From positions 426,466 through 490,465 of the forward strand of contig NMRA01000191.1 of assembly GCA_002633005.1 (NCBI GenBank): a stretch of DNA of 64,000 nucleotides. Direction: 5' to 3'. The stretch's first letter is position 1; each line of letters begins with the position of its first letter. Positions 1 to 13,000 of the stretch are shown here, in pieces. The DNA comes from Phoronis australis (Eukaryota > Animalia > Phoronida). Made by a program: the position numbers and the translations under genes. Under the pieces are notes generated by a model that saw only the letters and a list, made by a program, of their open reading frames with translations, ran no database searches and was not told the DNA's origin.

Positions 1-402
1 CCATACAAAATTAGCAGGACAAGCTTGGCATTTAAACACGTTTGCCTATCGTCACTACAGGTTTGTCATAACAGCCGGAGGGTCAAGAATTTCGACTTGG
101 ATTTTGTTGTTTTGACCTGGAAATTTCTTACGTTAAAGGCTGCTGCACTGAATTTTTTCCCTACTAGGACCAAACTCACCACCAAAGAATTACACTTACC
201 AGACAGCCTTTGTCTTTCAACCAGTGCTGTAATGGAAGCTCACTAACACCCCATACTTAGTCCATCTCAGAGCATTAAAGCATGCTATGAATAACACTTT
301 ATTGAGAGCGACACATGGACAAGCACAGAAAATCATGTGGACCGTATTACCTACATAACCACTGGTATAGGAATGTTGGCAACTCTGCAGCCCTTACCCT
401 AC

Positions 403-3400
403 CTGATGACGACTGGGCGTTGACATCTGCCCCATGAGCCAAAAGCAGCTTGACCATATCCACGAATCCCCCGCTAGCAGCCTCCATTAACGGCGTACAG
501 TCACCCTTCACACCACGGTCTTCAACATTGGCCCGCATAGCTAGCAGTACCTGTGGGTCAAGAAGACACATACAGAGGTTTGCACTAACAAATGGACCCA
601 ATCCATTTGACCAATAACTGTGCTTTCTTCAAGGAAGAAACTGATGGTGGTGTTAACACACAGAGAAAAGTTCAGGTAAAAGCCATGTTGTTTTGAAAAT
701 AGCATATCTAAAGGCAGATATAAAACTGCATTCTGTTCAAGAGGCAAACCTTTGATTTAAACTACTTACTACTGTAAAATAGGTCTCAACATGTTCCTAA
801 CTTGTATGAGAAGTGCTTTCTGGGTTTGAAAAGCTTTGAAATCAACTTCCATTTTGACCAAGGAACAATTTCAGTCTTAATTCATAATGTTAAGTGATTC
901 AAATCAAAGTTTTTGTGATGGAAGACAGGGGCCCATTCCAATAAAGTGACTGAAGTTGATTTTTGACTTAAGTCTAAGATTTGTCTCAACTTCCAAACAT
1001 TGAAACTTACACATCTAGTAAATTAGTCAAAATTAAGACAAATTCTTGGTCAAAATTAAGACAAATTCTTGGTCAAAAACTTAAATCAAACTAAGATCTC
1101 GTTCTTGAAACGGACAAGAAAAAAACATTCAGTTTCATCTTAAAATTAACTGAAATTTGACATTTATCTTTGCTAGGTCAGTTTTCTTGGAACAGCCCCC
1201 TGGTTTATTAACACTTTAAGGGAAGGAAACGCTTAGTATGTTCCTTAAATGCCATGGAAATCAGCGTTATATCGAACCATTTCTCCATGTTGATCATAAG
1301 AGAAATTACTGCATAAGTCAAAAATTCTTACACAAAATATTTAAAATAAATTATCTAACGTCACACATAAAGTAGATAAAGCCACAACTATATAAAAAAA
1401 TATGCAACCGCTGCCTGATAAAATCCTTTGCAGAATAGAATGTGGTTTAAACTATGGAATCCAAAATTGCATATACTTGGAATAGTAAACAACAACTAAC
1501 ACAGTTCAATAATAGTTCCATTAAAAAGTATCAGGATAACGAGAATTACGAGATGTAACCACACTCAATTGGCCATGCATACTTAATTGGCTCGTCCTGG
1601 TGACAATTAGCAGTTCAAACAGCTTCTACACAAACACCCACGTTCAATCTACACAAACTGTGGAGTGCACCATGCAAAACTAACATCATTAATAACCACT
1701 TATTATAATCACTAAGTGGTGAATGCACACTGCTACACCAAACAAACAAATGCAAGAAAAAGCTCAGGCCTGAAAACGTGTAGCAATGTATCAGAATTTG
1801 ACCCGACATGCCAATACAAAGCTTTGAGACAAACGCCAGTTCTGGGCTGACTTCCTAAGACACAAGAACCTCGTGAAGGAAGCTAGTGTGATAACGTGCT
1901 TCCATTGTAATACATGGCAATATCTTGCAAAATCTTGCACAATCTTGTATTTTCGCAAGGTTCTCGCATCTATTGAATGCACACGGTTGTATTGGCTTAA
2001 CTACCACCAGCCGAGGGTCTTACTCTTGACTAATTTTTTTAAAAAACTAGTCAAGGCATAAAGTTAGTAGTCAGTTCTTTAAAACTTATGCTCACAATAA
2101 AATTGCATTTGCCGTGTTCTCTAGCACGAAAACACTTCATGCAAATAAGCCAACTGTAATTATTGGTTATAAAACTAACGCAAAACACCTAGAACATACG
2201 GATTGCATCCGTGCCCAAACTAATCAATCAATTATACAAGATGTAGGTAAGGACCTACCTGTGCCAGTTCATAGTAGCCTGCTGAGCATGCCAGAGACAA
2301 CAGGCTCTCACCTTCCTTGGTTGTCTCGTGCACGCTCCGGCCCTCGTCCAGCAGCTTGCGCACCGCCCCGATGTCGCCGTCGCTGCACGCCTCAGCCAGG
2401 CTCCTGAAAAACACATCCTCACTGAGATCAGACACCGATACCATCCGGAGTGCAAACGCGCTCACGACAAAATTTCGAAACAGGGCTTCATCTAACACAT
2501 GCTAGGAGAGCAAAAAACCAACCAGACATCCACCTCTCATGATTTAAATTCTACAAAAACAAACCTTTAGCAAAGGATGAGTTTGTTCTTCTCCACTACA
2601 AAGTGAACTTTTCCAAGTTAGGACACCCAAGTGAAACAGTTTCACTAAATTTTGGGCATCACAATCCCTAGCGATGAAGCCCTGTTTCGACAACATGCCA
2701 GCCTGTGCTGAAATACCCTACCTCTCGCCCTGCCCCGTCAGTTGACCTTGCTGCTCAGCACGCATCCGTGTCAGCGCTGCCGCTGCCTCGTCCAGAGCAC
2801 AGCTCACTGATGACGATAGCTTCCACAGTACCTCTTGGTCAGCCAATGACTTGCCGTCCGCAGTAGACAACTTGCCGATACCTGGAAAGAAGACAAGTGT
2901 TGAAGAAATACCTTTAAGTTGTAGATGTGTAGCCATGCAGACCAAGTCTCGTAACAGTGGAATAGAGAAGGTGTCAAGGATAACTGAAAAGAAACTCAGT
3001 TGGTCAACCATGATTTAAACCCTGTCATGGTTAACTGCAAGGTGAAGCACCTAGATGTGCAACATATGCAGTAATGACTGCAATATGCTACAATGTGCTC
3101 CAGGTCTTTATATAGTGCTAACAAGTAATTCAAAGTATTATTACTTTACAACAGACGGAGACTTAACTACTGCAGAACTCCATCCTACTAGCGTCTCATC
3201 AAAATAAAAAACATCGAGGTTAATTTACGATGAAAACACACCGCAGAAAATTTACAACTTTTTAAAAATTATTCACTGTTGGGAAAACCTTCAGCTTTTC
3301 AAAATATAGTAAGACAGTAGCTATGATGGGCCACAGACTTCGAAAAAAAGGCTAAGTATTAATAAGCTTTAACTTATTTTTTTTTTAAAAATGATTGAGT

Positions 3401-6400
3401 GTTTTGTTTGTCCACCAGAGTTCAACACTGTTAAGATTCTATAGTGCACAAGAAACTGAACTGACCCGCAGCTTCTAGAAGTGCTTCCAGTTTTGCCTGA
3501 GTTTCAGGGTCCACTGTGCGCAGATCTTTACCCTCCAGGTTTTCGGGCGACAACAGGAACTTGGAGTTACTTATGATCTGATCACTGTCCTCAAAGTCCT
3601 GATCAATAATGAAGGAGTCCACCTATAACAAACAAACAAACGGTAAGTTTTTGTTGATCACATCAGTCCCAATCAATCAGCCACAAATAGCTGCAGCCAG
3701 AGCATGTCTAAGGAGAAATTATCCTTTCAACTGATTTTTCGTACAACTGTTAGAATGGTACTGAGGACACTTCGTACGGTTAAGCTTTCAAAGGTGTACT
3801 GAAAGTATGTTCAAGTTCAAATTCTGACAATGTTGTGTAGAAATTGATAGACGTTTAATTTACCAACCCTCGGTTTCCTTTCCATCTCTGGAAACTAGCT
3901 TTTGACGCACATTTATCATTTGTCGTTGGAATATAATATGTCAATAATGAACACATTTCCATCAGCTTAACTTTAGTTTGAGAGAATATTATAGTGGAAA
4001 AATGAGTTCACTTAAACCACTTGTTTGAAAGGTGATATGCTACGATACTGACAGCTTTGTCTTATTTCATTCAAAATATCATAATCACTTTATTTTTAAA
4101 TACAAAATTAGTTTCACATTTGCATATTTTTTGGTAAATAAAATTAATACAAGTGAATGGTTGCCGAATGAGCTGATAACTAAAGTCAAAGGCAATGAAA
4201 ATAATGCACCATTTTCGAATCTACAATTTTAGGATTGGACAACCCCAACAAACTCTGAATTGTTGTCTTCAGTTGCTGATCATTTAGATGTCTTGTTAGA
4301 AAAAGAAGGAGAATTCTATCACGGTAAGGAATAAACCGAGACCGATTTCATGAGAGTAAAAGGCCAAATTTGATTTTTAGCTAGCTTAACAGGCCAAAAT
4401 ACAGCTTTGACTGTTGCATCAACCATCTCGGAAGTTATCCTGAATATGTGAAATGTCCAATCACGACCATTACTAGCATCTTAAAATATTAATTGATAAA
4501 ATCCATAACTAAATGCCAAACTTGCTAAATCCGATGAATTTCATTCTTGAAACACATTTAAAATGTCTTACTGTGTAGATTTAAATGTCATCATCACAGC
4601 CATTACCACAACATTTTTCAAGAAAAATATGAACTCTCTCATTTTAATGATAGTCCCACAACGTCGTCATTCATTTTTGCCAAAAATAGAGTAGTTGAAC
4701 ATTCACTTTTTTCTCCCAGCATAACTTGAATTTCAAACACTGACGTCACACTTCAATTGCCCTCAGTATAAACATGTTCAGAATGAAACCAATACTGGCA
4801 GTCTCCTTAGAATACCACCCAAGAAAAATAATTATAATCAACAAGAACTGGTCCCAATTAGTGAGCTTGAGCATAACCAGCAACTTGTCAGAACAACCCA
4901 ATCACACTGAAGTTATGTAATCTAACTGGTGTGGGTTTACATTTTACAATCAAAATTTGTAAAATCAAGGGCAACAAATAGGTGTCAGTCACTTCAGCAG
5001 ACAGCATGTGTCCCTGCATCAATGGAAAGATTGTGTTCCAGTAGCAGTCTCATGGAGGGAATGGTAGTCACAAAGTACCAAGCGTGTTGCCTTAGGATAA
5101 TACTCAGGTAGAATCATTTTGACTTCGGTAAGAGTAACACCATGATAAAATAGGATGGATATTACCAGATGAATAAAATTAAAATGTATGTTGACTTTTT
5201 AAATTATCAAAGAATTAAACTTACACACTTGTATTCGAAATATCAAGTGTGAAGTTGTATCCTAACGTTGTTCGAAGCATTGATCATGAAAAGACCTGTA
5301 AAGCCATTCCACCTGGAGTTTTTTAAGAACCTTGCTAGAACTGCATGTCTAATGGATTTCAACGCAGTGGTCTCAAATAGTCAATTCATCAAGTAGCTAC
5401 CTTATGTATATCATCTACTCCAAATTTGAATTCTGTACAAGCTTATGGGATAAACGACCCTCAACCTGGATTTAGTAATTTTGCTTGTACACTTTGTAAC
5501 AACAAGGAAACATACTTGCAGCGTTTGTTTTATTTCAAGAGCTGAAAACCTGCAAAAAGCTTTTTTAATTTTTGGCTTAGTTACAAGTTTCTAATGTTAA
5601 AGCCAAAACACACTGAACCCTGAGTGGCTAATGCCCACCCACAAAATTTCGAAGCTCAACTAACTATGTACTTACCCCCAATTTATAAGATCGAGAGTTT
5701 ATCAAAAGTGCCTGTGTCTCGTGTGAATTTTAGCTCTCAAAATGCTGCTTACCTTTAAGAAGTGAGTTTCAGTGGCAGTGAAATAACTGTCACTTCTTCC
5801 TTAACTGGAAGCCAATTTCATAATGGTCAGTGACCTGAACTAAAACTTGACAGAAAGAAGATATTTAACGCTGCTTTAAATGCCCTGGGTGTTCACTTGT
5901 ATGGGATAACTATCACTGTGAGAATAAAATTTTAATTCTAATCATGTAGTCCTTTGTCAAATGTCTTTGTTTGCATTAATGTTTGAATGCTTTTCTTTTC
6001 AAGAAACTGCAAAATCACCGTAAATTTTCAGAAACCAGTGTATCAATTCCCTTCCTAACGACTTATTTCGCGTCTGAACATTTTTTATCTGTGCTGGTCA
6101 AGTGCACGGAGTGAATGTCAAGTGTTGATATAAATACATGTTGTTCCAACTTGAGCTCCTTGTGTTTGTTGAATACTACATGTAGGGTCCCATATCAATG
6201 ATTGATCATTCCTTACAATGTGATGATTGCTGGCAAGACATAGTCTAGTTCATTGTTTCTGTAATTCAGTTTAGGTGGAATCTGGAAGGTAAGTCTCTCT
6301 AGGCTTTGGGAGCTCGGCAATCGCAACAGAGTCCTTTCACATTAATTTGCATGAGGCAAAATCACGCAAAGCAAGCGAGTCTACGAGAGATTCAAACCAA

Positions 6401-7868
6401 TGAACACTGCAACAGTGAAAGGCAAGAATTGCGATGACAGCCACTCTTGTCAACATGCGTCAAGCACAGTGCCGTACTAAAAACAGAGCTCTAATCTATA
6501 AGATTTACAAGGGATCACGAATGTAAAAAGAAATATTTGTGTTCTGTATCTGCGATATTATGATTATGTTAGAAACTATACTTAGGGGACACAGGCTTGA
6601 ATAACTAAAATAAAAAAAATTGCCTGTCAAGTATACTTTCCACGAAACTCTCTTAGTTTACATAAACATGTTCACCAGTTTTTAAACGAAACGTTGAGGG
6701 ACCGTGACTGCAAGGGAGTGCCTGGTTTGTTAGTTGATGGTCCGGCATGCTTAAAAAATCGTACACATTTTCAGGTTCACTTCTGCATTCAGACACGTTA
6801 CTATAATCGCGTCCACCCACCAAGTAGACAAGAGAATTTTACAGATATTTTGCCATATAAGCAAACGCTCTTGCTTCACCATACATACAGAAAGCAAAAA
6901 ACAATTCACTTTTAACTGCACTCACGCTAAGTATTGTGTGCTCATGCCAACTTTTTGTTCTTCTGTGCACATGCACTAGGAATGTGAAAGGACTCTATTA
7001 TTGACACTGCGTGGTTTACTGTTTTTGTCAGTATTAATAAGTGTGGTAGATTATTTTTCTGGGTCATGAGTAGGCTTCATATCTAGAAGTGTCTTATGAA
7101 AGCAAATCATATCATAGGATGTAATGTGAATTTCCAATTCTAAGTATCATACACAGGCCAATAAAGGCCTTTAAACAGCTTGCTCAAGGGCATATTGCTT
7201 ATTGGTCAATCGGTTGAATGCTCGACTTATCGCATGCTGACAGCAAGTGTATGACACTAGCCATGGACAAATGGATTTTTTCTGCTGTTTGTAGTGAACT
7301 GCAAGGTCCTAACGATTTTATACCAAAAATTTATTCTGAGTAGCCAATGATCGCAAGACTGAAATTCACACCTCTCTTTGTTATCCTGTAATTCCTGTAT
7401 TCAGGTAAAAAACTGTTCAACATCTTTCAATTTCCTCAATGACACACATAAGCTAAATTTCGTAATAATTGATGTTAGTCAGACATTCAAATTTATGCAC
7501 TTAATTACCATCACTGGAATTTGTTAGTCAATGACTTCTATTTTGATAATTCTCACGCTAAGAAGTTCCATTTTCAAAGTGGCCAAAGTCTTTTTCAAAA
7601 TGGCAGAATTATGAATTAAACGCAAGGAGAAAAAATAGGTCAGCCTACAAAACCGTTCGAGTATTTGTGACTAGTGAGCTACCTCTGACGCTTCATCCTC
7701 TTCACTAGCTGACAAATCCGCCAGAATATCCTGTTCTGTGAAATCCTGGGGCGAATTATTTTTTGGATTCTCAAATGCTGGTGACGAAAGATTGCCCATT
7801 GCACCGACCTCCGATTTCACCTCGTCGTCTTCTGGTTCACATACACGATTTGCGTCAGTTTCCGACAT
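403..7868 (-). CDS. ANKHD1: Ankyrin repeat and KH domain protein (ANKHD1/ANKRD17/mask ortholog), 5' exons only; gene continues past the left edge
   Basis: Exons 7868-7683, 3622-3466, 2881-2722, 2403-2259 and 550-403, all GT-AG with consistent phases (0,1,2,0,1). They translate to VDSFIIDQD...VDPETQAKLEALLEAAGIGKLSTADGK...SSVSCALDEAAAALTRMRAE...SLAEACSDGDIGAVRKLLDEGRSVHETTKEGESLLSLACSAGYYELAQVLLAMRANVEDRG, the hallmark N-terminus and first ankyrin repeats of the ANKHD1/ANKRD17 family. The first exon is the least conserved. Confidence 0.95.
928..1199. mobile_element. MITE, Harbinger-like (GGG-starting TIRs); same family as 50469-50693
   Basis: Imperfect TIRs GGGGCCCATTCCAA / TTGGAACAGCCCC. Internal 23-bp tandem duplication (gtcaaaattaagacaaattcttg, twice). 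Internal similarity to the copy at 50469. Confidence 0.6.
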
Positions 7869-9497
7869 GATAACAGCAGGTATAATTTACGGCCTTCATT
7901 AAAGTTTACATACAATATACTTTAGTCAAAAGTAAGATAGTAAATGCAAATTTTGACTCATCTTCTTATAGTTGCCACCTCGGCCGCCATTATGAAAGTT
8001 ATTCTCAAAGTCCCGGATGAAGAGCAGTGCGCAAGACATGTGATCGAACTGGAAATTTAGCGAGCTCTGGTGGTGGTTATCAGTCCGTCGTCGACCGCCC
8101 GGTTCAGTGCGCGGCTCTAGATAGAAACGCGGTGCCTAGACTTAGGTGGTAACGCATGGGCAGCGCACCATAGGGTCCTGGGGGGAGGCTATAGCCCCAC
8201 TTTTTTCAGTGCTGCGCCGCCCATGGCAAACTGACGGCTAGTAGTGCTGAGCGCATCCCTCCCGGCACTGCACCCTGCACGTCTATGAGCCTGGCTGGGT
8301 GAGTCAATTTTCATAAACCCAGCCAGTGAATTGCTTTCGCCAGCATTTTTCAATAATTGGGAGACAGCCTCCCCGCTCAACCCCGGCCGGCCAAGTTCAC
8401 TGTAACTCTGCCAGCACCGCCCCATGGCCCACCCCTGCCGGGCCACACCAAGCCCATTCCCTACTACTTAGTGTCTAAAGCCCGGATACAATGCTCTCTG
8501 CGGTATTCGTGCTGAAATATTATTGTATTATATTTTTGTCATGTCTGAATAAATTGGTAACTTTGGAAAAAAAATCCTATTCTATGGCACTGACGACATG
8601 AGGTATTCATCGTGACCGTGAAGTTGCAATTCAAAGCTGTATTATCAAGTTATTGGATATTTTTCATGCATTTCCAAGCCTCAGTTTGAAGCTCTTGGCG
8701 GGCTCCAATTACGCCTGCAATGTAGGCTCAGACATGTGGACATTTGAGGTGAAAGTCTCCATATTGAGCAGTAAGTTTTAGTAAATTACTATAAAATAGT
8801 ATGATTTGACTATGCGACTGCTCAGTTTTGTTATATGACTTCGGGCTATTGTCCTGGCAGCGTTGTACACTGTCTAGTAATATATATTTATATATATTAT
8901 AATGTTCACAGGCGTGGCCCCTGACGGATACAGACAAGCCTGTTGTCCGACGGAGTCCAACAGGGATGAAGTGGCGTAAGTTAACCTAAGTGGGGTAATC
9001 AATTTAAGCTAGTTTAAATAGGGTCCAGACAGCGCTCAAACCTAGCGTCATGAGTGATTTGTTTTAGGGTTGAAATACTTTTCATTGTTCATGTTTATTT
9101 ACCCCATGCTTACAGTGACGCAATAGTTCTATTTGGTTACGTTTTAGTGGTCCCTCCGCGCTCAACTGGAAAGGAACTTCCGAGAGAAAGGAATTTTTTG
9201 TTGAGGGGAAAATCCCCTACCCTGGTTACAACTACTTCTACCAACAGTGGCCACGTTTCATTACCACCACTATCGTTTTGCTTAGGGGATTCTAATTTCA
9301 AGACTCCTTTTCAATTTTTGAAGGGACTTCTGCTTCATTTTTAATTACATTTCGTGGGGGGAAATGGGGGTCAATAATCGTCTTTGAGTGAAGGGATTGA
9401 GAGTCCAACGTTTCTGTGTAAGAATATTTTTAACATTTCGTCTCAAAAAGACATAATTTTACAAAAGGCGAAGAGAAAAAGAAAAAGCAGAATGTGA

Positions 9498-9570
9498 AGC
9501 CCCCGGAGAGATTTGAACTCTCGACCCCTGGTTTACAAGACCAGTGCTCTAACCACTGAGCTACGGAGGC
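9498..9570 (-). tRNA. tRNA-Thr (anticodon UGU)
   Basis: Minus strand GCCTCCGTAGCTCAGTGGTTAGAGCACTGGTCTTGTAAACCAGGGGTCGAGAGTTCAAATCTCTCCGGGGGCT folds into a cloverleaf. Anticodon arm CTGGT-CT-TGT-AA-ACCAG, intact A and B boxes, and a T5 Pol III terminator about 12 nt downstream. Confidence 0.97.
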
Positions 9571-10085
9571 TTAGTTGAGGAATCTAACAAAGTTGTAATA
9601 TTTGTACATTTTAAAACAAAATGTATTTTTCTGAGTTTTTCAGTGGACACAAATTGGTAAATTTTTGTGCATTCTCAAATTACTTGTAAGTATTGTTTGA
9701 AAAATGATATCCGAATTGTTTGCAAACCTCCATCGTTGATTGAACAAAGGTTGCCTAGTAAGCTTCCTTACTCCGATCTTCTGTGATTATGCTTGAGCTT
9801 TCGGAATGTAGTATTAAACTAGGCAATAAATTTCAAGCGTATTTGTCTTATTTATAAATTTCTCTTTATCTTCTCAGTAAAATTTCATGCACTAAAAGAT
9901 TACTTTAAAATAAATTATTAACTGGTTGTTTAAAAACGATAATTTCCGGAGGTGTTCGTGTGCTTACGTAGGTGCTCGTGACTGAACGTTTTAAAGGAAT
10001 CGTGCGAAGTTGAACGTAAACAAATACGTTTGCAAAGGACTAGCAAATATATTTAGTAGTTTTTCAAATTACATTGTTAATTAAC

Positions 10086-13000
10086 ATGTCTGAGACCGCC
10101 GCGGAAGCTCAGTTCAAGTCCACTAGCCGTGCAATTCCAACTAGGAGGGTTTTATTGAACGATCCTTCGCAGTTGTCGGGCCTGGATTACAGCACAACTC
10201 CAGGTGGAACGATTTTCTCTACAACTCCTGGAGGTAAGCTATTTAAACTTGTTTTAGGACACTGGCATAATGGGTTATGTTCATAAATTACTTTTTGCAA
10301 AGTTTTGCATGGTGCCATTTGACTTTTCCTCCCATTGCGTCATGTATTTCTGGTCTGTTTATGCTGATGAGACATTTCCAATATGGCTGACCGACCATGT
10401 GATTTTGTTTTGTAAATATAGAAAAATGGCGTTATCATGATTCAGGTGCAGCATTGAAGGCTTTGTATTTGCAAATCATAGAATGAAAACACAAACTCGA
10501 TTTATGGTGTTTATTGATTTTTTAAGCTTGTGAATGGATTTAGAATTGTTTACATCAAGTCCTGCTGACCTGGAATTGAACTTGACCTTGTACTTGACCA
10601 TGTTGACCGTGCACATATCACGTTGAAGTTTTTGGTGAAGAGTCTGGGAAATTTCTGATGTTTATAACGTCATGGATAGTTATGTCAACACCAATTAATG
10701 ACAAATTAAAATTCCAAACATCATTATTGATCTGTTTCTCTATGTGTCATCAATTTGTTTTTGAATGCAAAATTTTTGGTAAACCAAGAAACCATTTGGG
10801 TCACTTTTTAATGCCTGTTATCCAGTGAAGAAAAATTCGTTCTCAGAATGTGGGACCATTGTAAGTGACTATTAATGTCTGTCCATTAGGTGGAGATGGT
10901 TCTCAGAAACTGGCACCATTAAAGTTATATTGAGCACTATTTAGGTAATACAACTGCTAGCTTTGGATAGCCCATTACACACAATGGCGATGTGTAGGGA
11001 ATGTTATTAATTTTTGAGATGGTCACAAAAAATCAAGTTGTGAAATTGAGCGAGTTAATGCCAGGGCTCGACGCTATGAAAATCGACAGGTCGCATTTTG
11101 AGACCGAGCCAAAATCCTAGGTCGCATTTTCAAAATCCAGCTCGCATTCACAAATTCCAGGTCGCGAAAATTTCCCGTCATTTTTACGGACCAAAATTGG
11201 CTTTTACGTCATCAGAAAATGCCTAGATTATGCTCCTGCGACGTTGAATACTCACAAATTTCAGGTCGCAAAACTGAGTTCTTACAAGCATATCATGCAT
11301 GCACCTCGTTACCATTCTTCACTGGCGCCATCCAGTGAAAGACCCTGGAGAGCAAGGCAGTTGCCGACGTGAAAGTTAAATGCATTCGATTAGCTAAGTG
11401 TGCAACGTGAAAAAGAAGAAAATACTTGTTGAAAAAGTATCCGCGACTTTTCTAGGACTGACTTGCTATATGACTGTCATCAAAGTCGTTAAAGATCCAA
11501 AGATTGATAACTCTGAGTGCGAATTCCTTCCATTTGTTCGCAGGCCAAACTTTTCGACTTGACTTTTGAAAAAACATCTTGTCGGAAGAAATTCGTGAAA
11601 CGTTGCCCTACTCGCTGAATGACATATTGATACGCAGAAACAATTCACTGCAAATTTCACAACAAAAAATGTGGGACTTATTCTGTTTACCGGTACGTAG
11701 TCAATTAGTTTCCCATGAAATAAAAAGCCTCGAAATGATTTCCGACGGTGCGGGTTTCTACTATTCTGCCGAAAGCGCGTAAAGGCATGCCCGTCGTTTG
11801 GCGATTAATTCGGATGTCATTTTCACATTTGCTGTCTTTCGCAATAAAAAACGAGACGCATTTTTCCAAGTCACGACGATTGTCTGCCGGGACCGCTTTC
11901 CGGCGCTAACAGTGGAACCGACCAGTGCCGCAGTGCGACCAGGCATATTGCCGTGGGTGTTGCCGTAATTTGATATTAAGGACACCTTACGTGAAAAATA
12001 AATGTTTTCCACCACAAAGCTTGGTAATTTCGTCGTTTAAGAATTAGTAGAAACACCGCTGCTTTCTGACGTATTATCACGTGTTATTCGGAGGTCCGAA
12101 ACTTTCTTGGGCACATCCGGAAATTTGCAAAAGGCCGAAGGTATTGGTCAATAAAATGCGTCAGACCAATTCTGTATTCCCTTGTTCATGCGACATGTTT
12201 ACAAGTCATCGGGAGCGCTTTTCTCAATGAATTTTTTTTAACTTGATTTGGCAACAACCAAATAACGGTCGGAATCACCTGAGTTGCTCAACATTTCCCA
12301 AGTATCTGCCGCGAAGTTTAAAAACTCAGCTCGCATACGCTGGAAATTCCAGGTCGCATTTTGCGACTTAATGCGAGCTGGACAAAATTTCAGCTCGCAT
12401 TTCCAAATTTCAGGTCGCATTTGCGACCTGCAGCTCGTTATGTCGAGCCCTGAATGCGTCTTATTTTTGTGCTTTTGCTGTGATCGGAGTGGAACTCATG
12501 AGCGTTGTTTTGTGACTTGACCAATTTATATTATTTAAATTAGGCCATGTAGTACTCATTATGACTTCATAACTGGTTATTGACTTATATTTTTATAGAT
12601 TTATTTGCATGCTCCTAACAGCTAATGTATTGCAGGAACTAAATGATGCTGTTTGAACTTAATCTCTGCTAAACAAAGTCCAGTCCTGTTCATGGACAAC
12701 TTGCAAATGTGAAAACAAAAATTATGCGAACAAGTGACCTTTGTACTAATGACATACCTTGGGGGCTCACATAGCCCGTATCATGCAGTGTTATTCCCCA
12801 ACACCACGTCACGTCACGGTGCTTATTGGACACAGTTGAGTGATTTACGATGTATCGTGTTTAATTGACACAAAACTCGTTCTAGACTACGGGATATCCC
12901 TTTTACTCTGAGATTCCTGTTTTAATAGAACACCCTGTCATGGGTCCATTTAGCTTTTCGGGAGCAGACTAAAAGGCAAAGCCAAAAATCAACTTTTGGT

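Noticed and set aside
8137-8477. GC-rich block between ANKHD1 and the tRNA with loosely inverted ends
   Set aside because: Possibly an old MITE or promoter sequence, but the TIRs are too degenerate and no TSD is evident, so no call was made.
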